Below are positions 48,778-59,150 of a stretch of 64,000 nucleotides of DNA, in pieces. The notes below the pieces were generated by a model. It was not told the origin of the DNA, ran no database searches, and saw nothing but the letters and a program-made list of their open reading frames with translations. Origin of the DNA: Escherichia coli (GTDB taxonomy: Bacteria; Pseudomonadota; Gammaproteobacteria; Enterobacterales; Enterobacteriaceae); NCBI RefSeq assembly GCF_013122565.1, contig NZ_CP053258.1, one strand, 5' to 3'. Numbering within the stretch: the stretch's first letter is position 1; every line of letters begins with the position of its first letter. The translations under genes and the position numbers were made by a program.

Positions 48778-49416
48778 ATGCCCGGGCGCTTTGAACTAAA
48801 ACCAACCCTGGAGAAAGTCTGGCACGCGCCGGACAATTTTCGCTTCATGGACCCGCTGCCGCCGATGCATCGTCGGGGGATCATTATTGCCGCCATTGTA
48901 TTGGTGGTCGGATTTCTGCTTCCATCTGATGATACGCCCAACGCGCCGGTGGTGACGCGTGAAGCGCAGTTAGATATTCAGTCGCAATCACAACCGCCGA
49001 CAGAAGAACAGCTGCGGGCGCAATTAGTCACACCACAAAATGATCCTGATCAGGTGGCTCCGGTCGCTCCAGAACCTATACAGGAAGGCCAGCCAGAAGA
49101 ACAGCCGCAAACTACCCAAACGCAACCATTCCAGCCAGATAGCGGAATTGATAATCAATGGCGCTCTTACCGTGTCGAACCCGGTAAAACGATGGCGCAG
49201 CTGTTCCGCGACCACGGACTGCCCGCTACCGATGTCTATGCAATGGCGCAGGTAGAAGGCGCGGGTAAGCCGCTGAGTAATTTGCAAAACGGGCAGATGG
49301 TGAAAATCCGCCAGAACGCCAGCGGCGTGGTGACGGGCTTAACCATTGATACGGGGAATAATCAACAGGTCCTGTTTACCCGTCAGCCGGATGGCAGTTT
49401 TATTCGCGCGCGGTAG
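48778..49416 (+). CDS. ytfB: OapA-domain cell division protein YtfB
   Basis: 212 aa from ATG at 48778 (MPGRFELKPTLEKVWHAPDNFRF...); one TM segment. Confidence 0.85.
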   Translation: MPGRFELKPTLEKVWHAPDNFRFMDPLPPMHRRGIIIAAIVLVVGFLLPSDDTPNAPVVTREAQLDIQSQSQPPTEEQLRAQLVTPQNDPDQVAPVAPEPIQEGQPEEQPQTTQTQPFQPDSGIDNQWRSYRVEPGKTMAQLFRDHGLPATDVYAMAQVEGAGKPLSNLQNGQMVKIRQNASGVVTGLTIDTGNNQQVLFTRQPDGSFIRAR

Positions 49417-49428
49417 ATGAATCAACAT

Positions 49429-50064
49429 TCACATGCATGGGGTCACAAGGAGCCAGCTTAAAAGCGTCTCCTTGATAACCTTATGTCTGTTCTCCAAAGC
49501 CTCAGGAGATATCATACTGATGTGATAAACCAACCCTAAAGTATGTTGGTTAAGAATATAATATCCAGCAAGAGCGGCAAGGCTAATGTTTACCTGTAAT
49601 GGATCTATATCTTGCTTAAAGATATTTTGTTTTTTTCCTTCATCAAGCAACCTTTCCATAATCTCTAAATGCGAGTGGTTAATTTCGGGCAAACGAGTTG
49701 ATTTCTTGTAGTGCTCCCCTCGACTTTGGTTTTCGGAATGAATTATCTTTAAAAACCAAGGATTCTTCACATAATAATCCCACGTAAAATCAATAAATTT
49801 TTCAATGGATTGCAATGGGTTTAGTCCAGTAAAGTCCAGATCTCTTTCTTTTTGCCGGATGTCATTACACGTATATTCAAGGACTTCAATAAACAAATTC
49901 TCTTTATTACCAAAATGATGATAAACAGTCTGCTTACTACAACCGGCTGCTTTAACAATATTATCGACCCTGGCACCTTCATAGCCATACTCTGCAAATT
50001 CATTGATAGCGCACAGTAATAATTTTTCTTTCAAAATTTGCACTTTACTAGTATCAAAATACAT
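49429..50064 (-). CDS. TetR-family transcriptional regulator, full length (ytfA position)
   Basis: 211 aa from ATG at 50064 ([58 protein letters not shown]...); divergent from the downstream operon. Confidence 0.75.
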   Translation of the reverse strand: MYFDTSKVQILKEKLLLCAINEFAEYGYEGARVDNIVKAAGCSKQTVYHHFGNKENLFIEVLEYTCNDIRQKERDLDFTGLNPLQSIEKFIDFTWDYYVKNPWFLKIIHSENQSRGEHYKKSTRLPEINHSHLEIMERLLDEGKKQNIFKQDIDPLQVNISLAALAGYYILNQHTLGLVYHISMISPEALENRHKVIKETLLSWLLVTPCM

Positions 50065-50430
50065 CTTCACCCCTCACACTAATCTTGCCAACCTATTATA
50101 TACTCTTTTACCGCGTGACCACGCACATTTTTCATACAAAAATCATCATTATCTTACAGAGCATTAAACCTACTTACATTGTTTCGTTACTGTGAAACAG
50201 ACAGAAAATTTTTCCTTGATGCATATTTGTTAAAAATGGAATATGGCTTTAATTAATTATATTCATATAATGAATATTTAACTATAAATAATTAATTCCA
50301 TTTATTTTCAAAGAGTTATAATTTTAAATATGATCTCCCTCACGAATCAACCAACTAGATGGTTGGTTCAAATAAAATCTATAGGCATCTTTGTCTCCAT
50401 GATGAATCCTGTATTTAAAGAGGTCCAAAA

Positions 50431-51222
50431 ATGAAATCAAAAAAACCCGTTGCTATTATTACCGGTGCTGCCCGTGGTATCGGTAAAGGTTGTGCTATTG
50501 AACTAGCTCGCGCTGGATTTAATCTTCTAATAAATGATCGACCAGATAAAGACAGCATCGAAAAACTTAAAGCAACTCAAAAACTATGTATCGCTGAAGG
50601 TGTTGAAGTCATAACGTTTCCAGCCAACATTGGCGATTTAACGTTACATGAAAAGATGCTCGACGCGGCGCAAAATCAGTGGGAGCGTTTGGACTGCCTG
50701 CTCAATAACGCCGGAATTTCGGTGAAAAAGCGTGGTGATATTCTCGACCTGGAGCCAGACAGTTTCGACGATAACATTGCCATCAATACCCGCGCACCTT
50801 TCTTCCTCGCCCAGGCTTTCAGCAAGCGCCTGTTGGCGCAACCCAAACCAGAAGCTGAACTACCGCATCGCTCAATTATTTTTGTCAGCTCAATTAACGC
50901 CATCATGCTGGCGATGAATCGAGGTGAGTACACCATTGCCAAAACAGCTGTATCTGCCGCTGCCCGCCTGTTTGCCGCACGTCTTTGTGAAGAGCAAATT
51001 GGCGTTTATGAAATCCGCCCAGGTTTAATCAAAACCGATATGACTATTCCAGCAACAGCTTATTACGACGAACTGATCGCTAAGGGGTTAGTGCCATGGG
51101 GTCGTTGGGGTTTTCCACAGGACATCGCCTCCACTGTCCGTGCAATGGCGGAAGGCAAACTGATTTACACCTGTGGTCAGGCGGTCGCCATCGACGGCGG
51201 CTTAAGTATGCCACGCTTCTGA
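50431..51222 (+). CDS. Short-chain dehydrogenase/reductase (SDR)
   Basis: 263 aa; TGAARGIG Rossmann motif and Y-x3-K catalytic pair. Confidence 0.8.
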   Translation: MKSKKPVAIITGAARGIGKGCAIELARAGFNLLINDRPDKDSIEKLKATQKLCIAEGVEVITFPANIGDLTLHEKMLDAAQNQWERLDCLLNNAGISVKKRGDILDLEPDSFDDNIAINTRAPFFLAQAFSKRLLAQPKPEAELPHRSIIFVSSINAIMLAMNRGEYTIAKTAVSAAARLFAARLCEEQIGVYEIRPGLIKTDMTIPATAYYDELIAKGLVPWGRWGFPQDIASTVRAMAEGKLIYTCGQAVAIDGGLSMPRF

Positions 51223-51231
51223 GGCTGAACC

Positions 51232-52074
51232 ATGAGAGATCTGTTACATCGCCCGGATTTATTCAGCATCAATACCGCGACGCTGGGCTATAAAATGCCT
51301 CTGCCCGCCCTTATTGATGCTTGTGCCGCACGCGGCATCGGTGCGATTGCCCCCTGGCGCAGAGAGTTGCAGAGCGAAGATCTTCAGCAAATCGTCCGCC
51401 AGCTTGCCGCCAATAACATGAGCGTTTCTGGTTTATGCCGTAGCACCTACTACACCGCGCCGACGCTGGCAGAGCGCAAGCTGGCGATTGATGATAACCG
51501 CCGGGCGCTGGACGACGCAGCGATGCTGAACGCCGCCTGTTATATGCAGGTGGTTGGCGGTCTGCCAACGGGCACTAAAGATCTGTATGAAGCGCGGGAG
51601 CAAGTGAAAGAAGGGGTTCGCCAGTTGCTGTCACATTCGAAAGATGTCGGCGTGCCGATTGCACTGGAGCCACTGCACCCGATGACTGCTGCCGATCGCT
51701 CTTGCCTCTGCTCGCTACGTCAGGCGCTGGACTGGTGTGATGAACTCGATCCCGATGGTGAGTTTGGCCTCGGCGTGGCGGTCGATGTCTACCACGTCTG
51801 GTGGGATCCGGATCTCACCAGTCAGATCCTGCGCGCTGGAAAACGGATCCTCGCGTTTCATGTTTCCGACTGGCTGGTGCCGACGACCGATCTGGTCAAT
51901 GATCGGGGAATGCCGGGAGATGGCGTCATCAATATTCCGTCAATTCGTCGGCTGGTTGAAAACGCCGGATTTAATGGTTCTATCGAATTAGAAATATTTT
52001 CTTCATTCTGGTGGGAAAAGAATATCAACCAAATACTGGATAAAAGTATTAACGGACTTTCTTATTATTGTTAA
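51232..52074 (+). CDS. Sugar-phosphate isomerase/epimerase (xylose-isomerase-like TIM barrel)
   Basis: 280 aa; family assigned from overall sequence character; 9 nt after the SDR stop. Confidence 0.7.
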   Translation: MRDLLHRPDLFSINTATLGYKMPLPALIDACAARGIGAIAPWRRELQSEDLQQIVRQLAANNMSVSGLCRSTYYTAPTLAERKLAIDDNRRALDDAAMLNAACYMQVVGGLPTGTKDLYEAREQVKEGVRQLLSHSKDVGVPIALEPLHPMTAADRSCLCSLRQALDWCDELDPDGEFGLGVAVDVYHVWWDPDLTSQILRAGKRILAFHVSDWLVPTTDLVNDRGMPGDGVINIPSIRRLVENAGFNGSIELEIFSSFWWEKNINQILDKSINGLSYYC

Positions 52075-52223
52075 ACATCACACTATATTTTTCTCTCGAA
52101 ATTAGTTGATTGTTTAAATTTGCATGTTTTAGAAAGTTATGAGTGAAGTAATAAATCAATAAATTAAATATCTTACAGAGCATTGCGAGTGTTAGGTATT
52201 TATAATCAAATAGGGATTGGCAT

Positions 52224-53765
52224 ATGAGCAAGATTAATACTGCAGAAATACTGGTCGCAGGTATTAAAGATGGCGCAACAATCGCCATTAGCGGTAATGG
52301 CGGTGGAATGGTTGAAGCCGATCATCTACTACAAGCTCTGGAAACACGGTTTCTGGAAACCGGGCATCCATGTAACCTTACGCTTATACACTCATTAGGT
52401 GTAGGAGACCGTGAACACAAAGGCAGTAACCGTTTTGCTCATAAAGGAATGTTAAAGCGTGTTATTGCAGGACATTTCACATGGTCACCAAGAATGCAGG
52501 CTCTGGTTAAGAATAATGAGGTCGAGGCTTATTGCTTTCCTAGCGGAGTTATTCAGACATTATTACGTGAAATAGGCGCTGGACGTCCAGGACTGTTCAC
52601 CCATGTCGGGGTAGGAACTTTTATTGATCCGCGTAATGGAGGAGGGAAATCTAATTCACGAACGACAGAGGATCTGGTAGAGCTAATTGAAATTGATGGA
52701 GAAACAAAGCTACGCTATCGCCCATTTAAAGTTGATTACGCAATTGTGCGCGGTACTTATGCGGATTCACGCGGTAATATTAGCCTGGAAGAAGAAGCCG
52801 TCGATCTGGATTGCAATTCTATAGCTCTAGCTGCCCATAATAGCGGTGGTAAAGTCTTTGTGCAGGTACGTGACATTCTTGAAACAGGTGCGATTGAACC
52901 CAGACGAGTAAAAATACCCGGAATCTTAGTCGATGGCGTCGTGGAATATAGAGATCAACAACAAACATATCTTGGTGGTTACGATCTTACTATCAGCGGC
53001 CAGCATCGTCGTCTTTGTTCTCAAAACTCTATTGAACTGGTTTCAAACCCAATACGTCGATTAATTGCACGCCGTGCAGCACGCGAGTTAGTTGCTGGCG
53101 CATCCACAAACTTTGGCTTTGGCATGCCAGGAGGGATCCCAGGTATTGCTCTGCGTGAAGGAGTCCCTTTTGATACCCTTTGGCTCAGCGTGGAACAAGG
53201 TGTGCATAATGGCATGATGCTGGATGATGCTCTGTTTGGCTGTGCTCGCAATGCTGATGCGATAATTCCTTCTCTTGAGCAGTTTGATTTTTATAGTGGT
53301 GGTGGTGCCGATATAACTTTTCTCGGTATGGGGGAAATGGATCAGTATGGAAACGTGAATGTTTCCCATCTCAACAATAACCTTATCGGACCAGGCGGTT
53401 TTATCGAAATTGCACAGAATGCCCATAAAGTGGTGTTCTGCGGCACGTTTGATGCCAAGGGTAGCAAAATAAACGTCACAAATGCGGGCCTGGAAATCAT
53501 TCAATCCGGCCAGGTAGCAAAACTTGTTTCACAAGTAGAAGAGATAACTTTCAGCGGAGAATATGCGCAACAACGTAAACAGGATGTGTTGTACATTACC
53601 GAGCGCGCTGTATTCCAGTTAACGCCACAGGGTGTGGAACTAATTGAGGTTGCCCCTGGCGTGGACATTGACCACGACATTCTGCCGTATATGGCCTTCC
53701 GTCCAATTATCAAGCACCCACGCCTGATGGAAAGTAGTCTGTTTACGCCGATGGAGGATGCATGA
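52224..53765 (+). CDS. Family I CoA-transferase (fused alpha/beta, YdiF/Pct-like)
   Basis: 513 aa; glycine-rich motifs (ISGNGGGM, GPGGFIEIAQNA); stop overlaps next gene start. Confidence 0.7.
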   Translation: MSKINTAEILVAGIKDGATIAISGNGGGMVEADHLLQALETRFLETGHPCNLTLIHSLGVGDREHKGSNRFAHKGMLKRVIAGHFTWSPRMQALVKNNEVEAYCFPSGVIQTLLREIGAGRPGLFTHVGVGTFIDPRNGGGKSNSRTTEDLVELIEIDGETKLRYRPFKVDYAIVRGTYADSRGNISLEEEAVDLDCNSIALAAHNSGGKVFVQVRDILETGAIEPRRVKIPGILVDGVVEYRDQQQTYLGGYDLTISGQHRRLCSQNSIELVSNPIRRLIARRAARELVAGASTNFGFGMPGGIPGIALREGVPFDTLWLSVEQGVHNGMMLDDALFGCARNADAIIPSLEQFDFYSGGGADITFLGMGEMDQYGNVNVSHLNNNLIGPGGFIEIAQNAHKVVFCGTFDAKGSKINVTNAGLEIIQSGQVAKLVSQVEEITFSGEYAQQRKQDVLYITERAVFQLTPQGVELIEVAPGVDIDHDILPYMAFRPIIKHPRLMESSLFTPMEDA

Positions 53766-55834
53766 GTCAGCTTGATGACACCATCCTTGATGCGCTGACA
53801 CACGTCACTTTCCCAAAGGGGTTTGTGTCAGCAGAGCCAACACCAATTGTCACCGTTGAGGATGTTGATTACCCGATCTGGCACGTTGATGCGCTGGTCG
53901 TTGGTAGCGGCGCAGCAGGATTACGTGCGGCAGTTGAACTTAAACGCCGCCAGCAAAATGTGCTGATCGCTACCGCCGGGTTATATATGGGGACGTCGGC
54001 ATGTTCTGGTTCCGATAAACAGACACTGTTTACCGCCGCTACCGCGGGCAACGGCGACAACTTCACCAAACTGGCAGAGGCACTGGCGAGCGGTGGGGCG
54101 ATGGATCACGACACCGCTTATGTCGAAGCGGTAGGTTCTCTGCACACTCTAGGCGGGTTGCAATATCTTGGTCTGGAATTACCGGAAGATCGCTATGGCG
54201 CGATTCTTCGTTATCAAACCGACCATGACGAAGCTGGGCGTGCAACCTCGTGTGGGCCGCGTACCTCAAGGTTAATGGTGAAAGTGCTGTTGGAAGAAGT
54301 ACAGCGCCTCGCCATTCCAGTGTTGACCAGTGCAACAGTGATTAAACTGCTGCATCAGCGTGACGAAAACGGCGAAGACCGCGTGGCAGGGGCAATCCTC
54401 GCGACCGGTCATCGCGCCCATAACCCATGGGGGCTGGCAATTGTGACTGCGCCCAATGTGGTACTGGCAACGGGCGGACCGGGCGAGCTTTATCGCGACA
54501 GTGTTTATCCACATAAATGCTTCGGCTCGCTGGGGCTGGCGCTGGAGGAAGGTCTGACGCTAACCAATCTGACCGAAAGCCAGTTTGGTATAGGCACACC
54601 GCGCAGCACGTTTCCGTGGAATTTGTCCGGCACCTATGTGCAGGTGATCCCGTATATCTATTCCGTGGATGCTGAGGGTAACGAGTATAACTTCCTCGCG
54701 GATTACTATCGCACCACCCAAGAGCTGGCTTCAAACATCTTCCGTAAAGGCTATCAGTGGCCGTTCCACGCCACGCGGGTAATGGATTTTGGCTCCAGCT
54801 TGTTAGATATGGCGGTGGCGCAAGAACAGCAACATGGTCGTCTGGTGTTTATGGATTTCAATCGTAATCCTGAAGCGGTGCCTGGTGATCTACCCTTCTC
54901 ATTAGATCGACTGGACGACGACGTTCGCGCGTATCTGGAAAATAACGACGCTCTGGCACCATCGCCCATCGAACGGCTGCAACGAATGAATCCGCTGTCT
55001 ATCTCGCTGTATAAGATGCACGGTTACGATCTCACCACGCAGCCATTGCAGTTTGCCATGAATAATCAGCACATGAATGGCGGCATTGAAGTGGATATCT
55101 GGGGACAAACATCCCTGCCCGGTTGTTTTGCAGTGGGAGAAGTAGCCGGTACTCACGGCGTTACCCGACCTGGCGGCGCGGCGCTGAATGCCGGACAGGT
55201 TTTTGCCGTGCGTCTGGCGCGCTTTATTGGTTGCACACAAAAGCGGTCTGTTGAGGAGGATGTCGCGCAGCTGGTAGCCTCATCTCTGCATATAGTCAGA
55301 GAAGTTATCGCTCAGGCACTGGCAAACGAGAACGGAATGGCGCTGGTAACGGTGAAAGAAAAAATCCAGGCGCGAATGTCTGATTACGCTGGATTTATTT
55401 GTCATGCCGATAAAGTTCGTCACGCCACCCGTGACGCCCTGCTGTTAAGTGAGTTTGTACAACAACACGGTTTGACCATCAAACATGTTGGCGAAATTGC
55501 CGAACTATTTATGTGGCGGCATATGGCACTGACTTCTGCCGCCATATTGACACAATTGACGCATTATATTGACGCAGGTGGCGGCAGTCGTGGGGCGCGG
55601 ATAATTATTGATCACTATGGGGAAGGTCTACCACAAACTCGACAGGGTGCAAAAGAAAAATGGCGTTTTAGATTGGAGTCTGAAAATGAAAGAGAATCAC
55701 GAGCAACGATTCAGCTTAACAATGGAGAATTTATAATAAATAAAAACAAGATACGTCAAATAATCAATTTCAAAAATAATTATTTTGAAAAAAATTGGCC
55801 GGAGTTTCTCCTTGGAGAAATCTATATAAAATAA
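53762..55834 (+). CDS. FAD-dependent oxidoreductase (fumarate reductase/succinate dehydrogenase flavoprotein-like)
   Basis: 690 aa; N-terminal dinucleotide-binding motif VVGSGAAGLRAA; ATGA overlap with CoA-transferase gene; AT-rich 3' end. Confidence 0.65.
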   Translation: MSQLDDTILDALTHVTFPKGFVSAEPTPIVTVEDVDYPIWHVDALVVGSGAAGLRAAVELKRRQQNVLIATAGLYMGTSACSGSDKQTLFTAATAGNGDNFTKLAEALASGGAMDHDTAYVEAVGSLHTLGGLQYLGLELPEDRYGAILRYQTDHDEAGRATSCGPRTSRLMVKVLLEEVQRLAIPVLTSATVIKLLHQRDENGEDRVAGAILATGHRAHNPWGLAIVTAPNVVLATGGPGELYRDSVYPHKCFGSLGLALEEGLTLTNLTESQFGIGTPRSTFPWNLSGTYVQVIPYIYSVDAEGNEYNFLADYYRTTQELASNIFRKGYQWPFHATRVMDFGSSLLDMAVAQEQQHGRLVFMDFNRNPEAVPGDLPFSLDRLDDDVRAYLENNDALAPSPIERLQRMNPLSISLYKMHGYDLTTQPLQFAMNNQHMNGGIEVDIWGQTSLPGCFAVGEVAGTHGVTRPGGAALNAGQVFAVRLARFIGCTQKRSVEEDVAQLVASSLHIVREVIAQALANENGMALVTVKEKIQARMSDYAGFICHADKVRHATRDALLLSEFVQQHGLTIKHVGEIAELFMWRHMALTSAAILTQLTHYIDAGGGSRGARIIIDHYGEGLPQTRQGAKEKWRFRLESENERESRATIQLNNGEFIINKNKIRQIINFKNNYFEKNWPEFLLGEIYIK

Positions 55835-55937
55835 ACGCCTTTTAAATCGGTAGCTATTAAATAAATATTTTATGATTTGCAAAATTCACGCTTTTACATT
55901 GTGAGTATTTTCTATTGATAATATCAAAGGTTTAATC

Positions 55938-57218
55938 ATGAAAAAAATCAAGCACTATAGGTGGCATATTATCGTCTTAATATGTTTCATCACTGTAATT
56001 AATTATTTGGACAGAACAGCATTAGGCGTGGCCGCGCCCACAATAATGCAAACGATGGGGATAACTAAAGAGCAATATTCATGGGTTGTCAGTGCATTCC
56101 AGTTAGCATATACAATTGGACAACCTGTAATGGGATTCTTTATTGACCTTATCGGTCTGAAATTTAGCTTTTTCATTTGCATTATAATCTGGGGACTTGC
56201 CACTATGGGGCACGCATTAGCGGGATCCTGGCAAGGTTTGGCCTTTATGCGTGGCCTGATGGGAGTAAGTGAAGCCTCCGTCTTTCCCGCAGGGATAAAG
56301 ACTGTATCGACGTGGTTTCCTGCTAAAGAACGCGGTATTGCTGCGGGATTCTTCAACACGGGTACATCTCTTGGTGCCATGCTTGCTCCACCGCTTATTG
56401 CCTGGTGCATAATGTTCCATAGTTGGCAATTCGCATTTCTGGTTTCTGGCTGTCTGGCATTATTTGCGGCAGTGATGTGGTTTATCTTTTATAAAGACCC
56501 CAAAGATGCCAAAGGACTTTCTGAAGAGGAAAGACACTATATAGAGTCTGGGCAAGAAAAACATCTTGATTCTAATAAAAGTAAAAAAGCAACCATTCTT
56601 CATGTTATTAAAAAACGCAATTTCTGGGGTATTGGCATTACCCGTTTCCTGGCAGAACCAGCTTGGGGAACAATCAACTTTTGGGTACCTATATTTTTCG
56701 TTGAAACATTGCATTTCAGCTTAAAAGATATAGCAATGTTTATCTGGCTCCCGTTTTTATTAGGTGACTTGGGTTGTTTATCTAGTGGTTTTATCGCTAA
56801 GTTTTTTCACGATCGCGGGGTTAGCCTTCTTAATGCACGAAGAATTACATTTACATTCGCTGCAACAACGATGATGTCGATTGGTTTGGTTAGCATCGTC
56901 ACTAATCCGTACATTGCTGTATTACTAATTAGTATCGGTGCATTCTCACATCAATGCCTATCTACTGTTGTTGCCACTATGGGGGCCGATCTTTTTGAAA
57001 AAGAAGAAGTCGCAACAGTAGTTGGATTATCGGGAGGGTGTGGATATACAGGGCAACTGATATTTAATATATTCATTGGTGTATTCGTTGCTGCAATTGG
57101 CTTCTCGACATTCTTTGTGATACTTGCCTTCCTGGATATTATTGGTGCCATTATTTTATGGTCTGTAATTAGACCACCGAAACTTGTTGAACAAACAAAT
57201 TTAGTAACACAATCGTAG
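55938..57218 (+). CDS. MFS transporter
   Basis: 426 aa, about 12 TM segments, AT-rich codon usage. Confidence 0.8.
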   Translation: MKKIKHYRWHIIVLICFITVINYLDRTALGVAAPTIMQTMGITKEQYSWVVSAFQLAYTIGQPVMGFFIDLIGLKFSFFICIIIWGLATMGHALAGSWQGLAFMRGLMGVSEASVFPAGIKTVSTWFPAKERGIAAGFFNTGTSLGAMLAPPLIAWCIMFHSWQFAFLVSGCLALFAAVMWFIFYKDPKDAKGLSEEERHYIESGQEKHLDSNKSKKATILHVIKKRNFWGIGITRFLAEPAWGTINFWVPIFFVETLHFSLKDIAMFIWLPFLLGDLGCLSSGFIAKFFHDRGVSLLNARRITFTFAATTMMSIGLVSIVTNPYIAVLLISIGAFSHQCLSTVVATMGADLFEKEEVATVVGLSGGCGYTGQLIFNIFIGVFVAAIGFSTFFVILAFLDIIGAIILWSVIRPPKLVEQTNLVTQS

Positions 57219-57269
57219 TTTTTATTTTTACCTATAGAATTTTAATCGAAAAAAAATAAAGGAAAGATT

Positions 57270-57749
57270 ATGTCTCAAACAGAAATTATTCTTCCTTCAG
57301 GAAGAGAACTTACTCCAGGTGAATATGGTTATGCCAATCTGGAACCTGGCGATCACTACCAGACTCCCGGTCTTAACGTAACAGAGTCACAGATTGTTGC
57401 TTTTGCGGGGATAAGCGGTGATTTTTTCGATGTTCATATGGATGATGAATTTGCAAGGGAAAAAGGATTTCCAGGACGCATTGCCCACGGTCTGTTAGGT
57501 TTAGCATTGACGGACGGCCTGAAGAATCGTTCTATTGTACGTTTACGTGCAGTTGCTACATTAAACTGGAACTGGTCATTCTGTGCACCATTATTGCCTG
57601 GAGATCATATTCACGCCGTTATTACTGTTGTTAAAAAACGCCCCACCAAACGTGAAGACCGAGGCATTGTGACTTTTGCTTTACAATTGTTTAATCAACA
57701 TGGAAAGATAATACAGCGAGGCGAAACTCTGCTGATGATGATGCAATAA
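57270..57749 (+). CDS. MaoC-like (R)-specific enoyl-CoA hydratase/dehydratase
   Basis: 159 aa hot-dog-fold-type sequence; GGAAAG RBS. Confidence 0.7.
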   Translation: MSQTEIILPSGRELTPGEYGYANLEPGDHYQTPGLNVTESQIVAFAGISGDFFDVHMDDEFAREKGFPGRIAHGLLGLALTDGLKNRSIVRLRAVATLNWNWSFCAPLLPGDHIHAVITVVKKRPTKREDRGIVTFALQLFNQHGKIIQRGETLLMMMQ

Positions 57750-57868
57750 TCTGAGTTTGAAATACGTACCAACGAGTATGCTGGTACGTATTTCTTCGCA
57801 AACGCACTGTTTATGCTCTCTCCCTCATAATGACTGTTTCATCTAACTAATATTTCTAAATAACTGTC

Positions 57869-59137
57869 CTAAATTGACGACCTGAATGCCTCTGCCATTA
57901 ACTCTTGCTCACGATCAGGTAATCTAAGACGCTCGGCAATAGTTTGCCACTGACTGACAATCCCTCTAAAATTAGCAATAATGTCATCAGCTTCCGTCAA
58001 ACTAAGTCGAAAATACTCTGCAACTTCTCTAGCTAATTCCAAATCAAGTGCATTATCATTTTCCGTAATATTAAGCTTTAAACCGTCAGATCTGGAAACA
58101 GGATTCAAATCATATGCTTCAGAAAGCCGCCAACCTTTTCCCGGTATCAAGATATATCCATGATTACGTAAATGATCATCGGTATTAGAAACAAGAATAT
58201 TAAAAACAATTCTGGACCAGAGTTCTTTAAGGTCAGTATTGGTCTGCGCTCCGTGCCTGATAAGAACATCTGCTAATTCCAGATAACTTACACCTGTAGA
58301 GGCATCTTCACCATCCTGATGTCTGGTTAGTGTCATAGCCGAAGCAAAATGCAGACGCCTTCCCGCATTAGTGCGGTCAAAACGACGAACCATAAAACAA
58401 TGGTAATTGCTGGCAAATTTATGCGCCTGAGCAGGTGCAACATTCAGTCCACAGCCAACAGCAAGCGCATTAACGACCATTTCCCATCCACCAACATCAT
58501 ACTCATCTTTTGCACTGGGAAATTTAGCGATGTAAAGATGTCCGGCTTCATCAACCACACTGGCTTTTGGACGTGCACCCCCTAATGATCCCCCCGGAGC
58601 GATTAGCATTCTTAACCATTTTTGCCCCATGAGTTCTTTATTATCAGGATCTTCTTCAATTGCCCGGCTAGCCCTTTCCAGACTCGCTATTTCGGTAAAT
58701 GGTGGGGCTGCAACATTAATGCGGTTATCAAGAAACTCTCCAGCGTCTTCACGTTTGTATCGAAGAGCCCCAACCCGATAAAGATCATGAACACCTAATA
58801 GATAGTCAGACTCATAAAGGTGGGAGTCTTTATCAAATAACCCATCTCGAATATCCCTCTCAAAACGACGCTTCATTAGCATACGCCCCCAACGATCCGG
58901 GCAGGAATCACTAAACGCACCAAATTTATCCTTTGGAGGAATTGGGTACTGTGCTCCCTCATACAACATTATTTCAGGATCTAACTGAATGAAATTAAGT
59001 GCACGATCTGCAAGCGCCTTTTTATCGTACTCAAACTCAAATATCTCACGCGCCCGAGTGCGACGACTGTGTAAATAACCAATACGCGCAGGACCATCCA
59101 GGCCTTCCCAATCCGCATACACTCCGATTAATGCCAT
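57869..59137 (-). CDS. HipA-family serine/threonine kinase (type II toxin-like)
   Basis: 422 aa; HipA-like motifs GGSLGGARPKASV (P-loop-like) and DDHLRNHG (catalytic); AAGGAAAT RBS; 13 nt after HTH gene stop. Confidence 0.8.
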   Translation of the reverse strand: MALIGVYADWEGLDGPARIGYLHSRRTRAREIFEFEYDKKALADRALNFIQLDPEIMLYEGAQYPIPPKDKFGAFSDSCPDRWGRMLMKRRFERDIRDGLFDKDSHLYESDYLLGVHDLYRVGALRYKREDAGEFLDNRINVAAPPFTEIASLERASRAIEEDPDNKELMGQKWLRMLIAPGGSLGGARPKASVVDEAGHLYIAKFPSAKDEYDVGGWEMVVNALAVGCGLNVAPAQAHKFASNYHCFMVRRFDRTNAGRRLHFASAMTLTRHQDGEDASTGVSYLELADVLIRHGAQTNTDLKELWSRIVFNILVSNTDDHLRNHGYILIPGKGWRLSEAYDLNPVSRSDGLKLNITENDNALDLELAREVAEYFRLSLTEADDIIANFRGIVSQWQTIAERLRLPDREQELMAEAFRSSI

Positions 59138-59150
59138 AATTAATTTCCTT

